IMG/VR virus record: IMGVR_UViG_2695420569_000031
Source: a virus
Lineage: Duplodnaviria; Heunggongvirae; Uroviricota; Caudoviricetes
DNA length: 2,891 bases
Direction: 5' to 3' (one strand)
Below, piece by piece: positions 1 through 2,891 of this stretch. The number at the start of each line of letters is the position of its first letter. Positions within the stretch are counted from its first letter, which is position 1. Both the position numbers and the translations under genes were made by a program. The notes under the pieces were generated by a model. That model was not told where the DNA came from, made no database searches, and saw only the letters and a list, made by a program, of their open reading frames with translations.

Positions 1-243
1 TTATCTTGAAGGGTTAGTTGATGCGCCATTAACCTGAGCATTATTTCTTTCCCACTCCAGAATATCAGAAAGCCACCAACGATTGGGGTTTCCCTTTATT
101 GTTGGTTTAGGAAATGGTTTGCTGAGGGACTTTGGCTTTCTGTCTGGAGTACTCCAGAAATACAGAGTGCTTCGTGAAATTTTATATCGTTCCAGAATAT
201 CTTTGGTTAACAAGATTTCATTTGTTTTTGTAATGTCGTTCAT
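1..243 (-). CDS. AlpA/excisionase-like small helix-turn-helix DNA-binding protein (80 aa)
   Basis: Complete ORF with ATG at 243..241 and TAA at 3..1. GGAG Shine-Dalgarno at 253..250, 6 nt before the ATG. The protein carries the pattern I associate with the phage AlpA family: 'SRSTLYFW', then 'KPFPKP', then 'G..NRWW...ILEW'. Family assignment is from motif recall, not alignment. Confidence 0.6.
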   Translation of the reverse strand: MNDITKTNEILLTKDILERYKISRSTLYFWSTPDRKPKSLSKPFPKPTIKGNPNRWWLSDILEWERNNAQVNGASTNPSR

Positions 244-277
244 TTTATTCTCCAGTTGAATTGTTTAATCATCGAAA

Positions 278-295
278 AACCGCCCGAAGGCGGTT
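278..295 (-). terminator. Putative intrinsic terminator hairpin (7-bp GC-rich stem, UUCG loop) followed by a short U-run on the minus-strand transcript
   Basis: Minus-strand RNA reads AACCGCC-UUCG-GGCGGUU then UUUCG. It begins 2 nt after the TGA of the 297..548 ORF. The U-tract is only 5 U including stem bases, so strength is uncertain. Confidence 0.45.
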
Positions 296-296
296 G

Positions 297-548
297 TCAG
301 TTGATTGATGTGCGGCGCATTTTGCGAAGGCTGGCAATATGCTTTTCCTTCTCAATTTCTGCTTTAATCATGTGTAGTTCGTTGTGATCGATTCGCTCAA
401 ATTCTGCATTAAATGCGCTAATTGAAGCGGCTCTGGTTCTCCCATCCAGCCTTCGGAAGATTACCTGCGTCAGAGTGATTTTGCAGACTTCAACCGGATA
501 GTTGTTGGCATCGACGAAAGACTGCCCGCGCTGGATTAGAACGAACAC
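297..548 (-). CDS. Hypothetical small protein (83 aa), apparent GTG start
   Basis: The ORF is closed upstream by an in-frame TAA at 563..561. The first in-frame start is GTG at 548..546, with an AAGGA Shine-Dalgarno at 562..558, 9 nt upstream. The only in-frame ATGs are far internal (residues 60 and 77). It sits immediately downstream of exo in the same orientation. No family recognised. Confidence 0.55.
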   Translation of the reverse strand: MFVLIQRGQSFVDANNYPVEVCKITLTQVIFRRLDGRTRAASISAFNAEFERIDHNELHMIKAEIEKEKHIASLRKMRRTSIN

Positions 549-596
549 CGGTAGTATTCCTTAATTGTCATATCATTTGCACCTCGTTGCTACTGG

Positions 597-1277
597 CTAT
601 CGCCATTGCTCCCCAAATACAAAACCAATTTCAGCCAGTGCCTCGTCCATTTTTTCGATGAACTCCGGTACCATTTCGTCAAAAACCTCCATGTATTTTT
701 CATCCCGTTCGACCACGACATAATGCAGGCCTTCACGCTTCATACGCGGGTCATAGTTGGCAAAGTACCAGGCATCTTTTCGCGTCACCCACATGCTGTA
801 CTGCACCTGGGCCATGTAAGCCGACTTTATGGCCTCGAAACCACCGAGCCGGAATTTCATGAAATCCCGGGAGGTAAACGGGCATTTCAGTTCAAGGCCG
901 TTGCCGTCACTGCATAAACCATCGGGAGAGCAGGCGGTGCGCATACTTTCGTCGCGATAGATGATCGGGGATTCAGTAACATTCACGCCGGAAGTGAACT
1001 CAAAGAGGGCTCTGGCGTCGTTCTCGTACTGTTTTCCCCAGGCCAGCGCTTTAGCGTTAACTTCCGGAGCCACACCGGTGCAAACCTCAGCCAGCAGGGT
1101 GTGGAAGTAGGACATTTTCATGTCAGGCCATTTCTTTCCTGAGCGGGGTTTTGCTATCACGTTGTGAACTTCTGAAGCGGTGATGACGCCGAGCCGTAAT
1201 TTGTGCCACGCATCATCCCCCTGTTCGACAGCTCTCACGTCGATCCCTGTACGTTGCAGGATAATGTCCGGTGTCAT
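597..1277 (-). CDS. exo: Lambda-type 5'-3' exonuclease (Red alpha / lambda Exo), 226 aa
   Basis: Translation '[37 protein letters not shown]...[11 protein letters not shown]' matches lambda exonuclease as I know it, same length. It contains a PD-(D/E)XK nuclease motif ('[18 protein letters not shown]', about 885..925). GAAGGT Shine-Dalgarno at 1289..1284. The start ATG (1277..1275) overlaps the bet stop as ATGA. Confidence 0.96.
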   Translation of the reverse strand: MTPDIILQRTGIDVRAVEQGDDAWHKLRLGVITASEVHNVIAKPRSGKKWPDMKMSYFHTLLAEVCTGVAPEVNAKALAWGKQYENDARALFEFTSGVNVTESPIIYRDESMRTACSPDGLCSDGNGLELKCPFTSRDFMKFRLGGFEAIKSAYMAQVQYSMWVTRKDAWYFANYDPRMKREGLHYVVVERDEKYMEVFDEMVPEFIEKMDEALAEIGFVFGEQWR

Positions 1278-2059
1278 GCTGCTACCTTCTGCTCTGTGAC
1301 TTTCTGTTTCAGGAATCCAAGAACCTTCACAGCTTCAGCCTGTGTTAGTTCTGAAGATGTGTAAATGTTGCGGCGAAAAATCTGGGAACAGAGCGGCAAC
1401 AGGTCGTCATCCCACGTTTTTTCCATGGAAGTAAGAAGGGCGTTAATTTCCGACATGGTTTCTTCGTTAACCGGGGTGATGTCGCGTTCCGGCTGACGTT
1501 CTGTAGTATATGCAGTATTTTCGACAATACGCTCGGCTTCATCCTTGTCATAGATGCCAGCAAATCCGAAGGCCAGGCGAGCACACTGAATCATGGCTTT
1601 GTGCCGTAACATCCGTTTGGGATGCGACTGCCACGGTCCGGTGATTTCTCTGCCTTCGCGGGTTTTGAATGGTGCGCGGCGACATTCATCCATCCACTCG
1701 GTAACGCAGATCGGGTGATTGCGATCTTTGCGGTAAATCCGGCATGTACAGGACTCATTGTCCTGCTCAAAGTCCATGCCATCAAACTGCTGGTTTTCAT
1801 TGATAATGCGGGACCAGCCATCAACGCCAACCACCGGAACGATGCCGTTCTGCTTGTCAGGGAAGGCGTAAATTTCTTTCGTCCAGGGATTAAGGCCGTA
1901 CTGGTTGGCGACGATCAACAATGCGATAAATTGCGCATCGCTGGCATCACCTTTAAATGCCGTCTGGCGAAGAGTGGTGATTAGTTCCTGTGGGTCGACA
2001 GAATCCATGCCGACACGTTCAGCCAGCTTCCCTGCCAGCGTTGCGAGTGCTGTACTCAT
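1274..2059 (-). CDS. bet: Single-strand annealing protein Red beta (lambda Bet; RecT/Red-beta family), 261 aa
   Basis: Translation '[72 protein letters not shown]...' matches lambda Beta as I know it, same length and C-terminal '...EQKVAA'. AGAGG Shine-Dalgarno at 2074..2070. TGA stop at 1276..1274 overlaps the exo ATG. Confidence 0.96.
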   Translation of the reverse strand: MSTALATLAGKLAERVGMDSVDPQELITTLRQTAFKGDASDAQFIALLIVANQYGLNPWTKEIYAFPDKQNGIVPVVGVDGWSRIINENQQFDGMDFEQDNESCTCRIYRKDRNHPICVTEWMDECRRAPFKTREGREITGPWQSHPKRMLRHKAMIQCARLAFGFAGIYDKDEAERIVENTAYTTERQPERDITPVNEETMSEINALLTSMEKTWDDDLLPLCSQIFRRNIYTSSELTQAEAVKVLGFLKQKVTEQKVAA

Positions 2060-2064
2060 CCGTT

Positions 2065-2361
2065 TTATACCTCTGAATCAATATTAATTTGGTGACGGGC
2101 GATGGTTTCAGCCATGTAGCGGATGTGTTCTGCCATGCGTTCCTGAAAATCGACATCGTCATCAAATGCACGGGAAATAGCTTTTTTGCTGGCCCCGTGA
2201 CGTTGCAGATTATCGATGCATAGCGATTCAAACAGGTGTTGGGGCAGACCTTTTTCCAGGTCGTCTGCCAGCTCAGCTTCAGTTTCTTCACGGGCAATTT
2301 GCTGGTAGTGTCGTGCCCATGACTGCTCTTCAATGCGATCGGGGATAAGCCAGGCATTCAT
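2065..2361 (-). CDS. gam: Host-nuclease (RecBCD) inhibitor Gam, short 98-aa form
   Basis: Translation '[60 protein letters not shown]...IDSEV' matches the GamS portion of lambda Gam. Strong AAGGTGA Shine-Dalgarno at 2374..2368, 6 nt before the ATG (2361..2359). An in-frame TAA at 2367..2365 lies one codon upstream, so no longer form is possible here. Confidence 0.94.
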   Translation of the reverse strand: MNAWLIPDRIEEQSWARHYQQIAREETEAELADDLEKGLPQHLFESLCIDNLQRHGASKKAISRAFDDDVDFQERMAEHIRYMAETIARHQINIDSEV

Positions 2362-2861
2362 GATTTATCACCTTCGAAATTTTCAAGCCTGTTGGCAATC
2401 ATGATGGCGATATCAGGGATTGCTGGCGCTGTGGCTATACATGCGGGGTTGGCGCACAAACCATAGACGGCGGCAATCACGAGCTGTCTTTTCCAGTCGA
2501 GAGTTACTGGCTCAGAATTGGCGTCATCGCCGGACGTATCACTGCCTGGCTCGTTCTGAACAACGGTTTCGCCCTCCTGAGCGGCATCAACAGAGTTTTC
2601 CTGAATGATCTTCTCCTCAGTTTGTGCTGAGTCTTCTCCATCAGCGGCGTCATTTTCTCCAAAAGTTTCAGCGTAAGTTTCATCTCCCATTACTGGACCA
2701 CAGTCAGGGCAATGGCCGCCACCGTTCTGACTGCATGTGGTGCAAACCTTTTCCACTTCCTGTTGCATTACTGGCCCTGGCTGTTGAACCGCCCCGGGTT
2801 TCCTGGAGAGTGTTTTATCTGTGAACTCAGGCTGCCAGATCATCGTTTCCGATGGAAGCAT
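2358..2861 (-). CDS. Hypothetical protein (at least 167 aa) at the kil position upstream of gam: CxxC-x7-CxxC motif, acidic low-complexity tract, hydrophobic Cys-containing C-terminus; 5' end uncertain
   Basis: Long minus-strand ORF whose TGA stop (2360..2358) overlaps the gam ATG as ATGA. Residues 40-54 read '[15 protein letters not shown]' (about 2700..2744). Residues about 59-118 are rich in D/E/S/T/Q (about 2508..2687). The C-terminal '[33 protein letters not shown]' is hydrophobic. There is no in-frame stop between 2862 and the window edge at 2891, and the Shine-Dalgarno before ATG 2861 is weak, so the true start may lie beyond the window or at an internal Met. Confidence 0.65.
   Translation of the reverse strand: MLPSETMIWQPEFTDKTLSRKPGAVQQPGPVMQQEVEKVCTTCSQNGGGHCPDCGPVMGDETYAETFGENDAADGEDSAQTEEKIIQENSVDAAQEGETVVQNEPGSDTSGDDANSEPVTLDWKRQLVIAAVYGLCANPACIATAPAIPDIAIMIANRLENFEGDKS
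2368..2374 (-). promoter_or_regulatory. Ribosome-binding site for gam, embedded in the 3' end of the upstream ORF
   Basis: Plus-strand 'tcacctt' is AAGGUGA on the minus-strand mRNA, with a 6-nt spacer to the gam ATG. Confidence 0.7.
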
Positions 2862-2891
2862 AATAAGCTTTTTCTGCTTCTGCCGGAGGAG

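Noticed and set aside
606-917. Plus-strand 103-aa ORF antisense to exo
   Set aside because: It lies entirely within the well-supported exo coding region on the opposite strand, with no recognisable Shine-Dalgarno or protein features. Most likely a shadow ORF.
1345-1830. Two 79-aa minus-strand ORFs in alternative frames inside bet
   Set aside because: They are out of frame within bet, and the bet frame is strongly supported by its match to Red beta. Treated as chance ORFs.
1622-2087. Plus-strand ORFs of 120 aa and 60 aa antisense to bet
   Set aside because: Both are embedded in the opposite strand of bet, which matches a known protein over its full length. No supporting signals, so treated as shadow ORFs.
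2019-2357. Minus-strand 112-aa ORF overlapping gam in another frame
   Set aside because: The gam frame matches GamS and has a strong ribosome-binding site, while the alternative frame has no recognisable features. Treated as spurious.
2065-2361. Possibility that gam encodes the full 138-aa GamL form
   Set aside because: An in-frame TAA sits one codon upstream of the ATG at 2361, so the frame cannot extend. Only the 98-aa form is encoded.
2420-2824. Plus-strand 62-aa and 66-aa ORFs antisense to the 167-aa ORF
   Set aside because: Arg/His-rich translations typical of antisense reading through an acidic coding tract, with no ribosome-binding site support. Treated as shadow ORFs.
1-2891. CRISPR arrays, IS elements with terminal inverted repeats, tRNA or rRNA genes, Chi sites (GCTGGTGG)
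   Set aside because: By eye I found no direct-repeat/spacer periodicity, no transposase-like ORF, no tRNA-like structure and no exact Chi octamer on either strand. The window is almost fully occupied by the minus-strand operon.

Overview
This window is a segment of the early-left (pL-type) operon of a lambda-like phage or prophage, with every supported gene on the minus strand. Its core is a complete Red recombination module, gam-bet-exo, whose proteins I recognise as essentially lambda Gam (short form), Beta and Exo. Upstream of gam, where lambda has kil, sits a 167-aa ORF I do not recognise, with a Cys-pair motif, an acidic low-complexity tract and a hydrophobic tail. Downstream of exo lie a small GTG-initiated hypothetical ORF, a hairpin terminator, and an AlpA/excisionase-like DNA-binding gene in a visibly more AT-rich block. 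I see no tRNA, rRNA, CRISPR array or IS element. The Red module is well-described biology, so the only candidates for something undescribed are the flanking small genes, and I cannot establish novelty for them without a database search.
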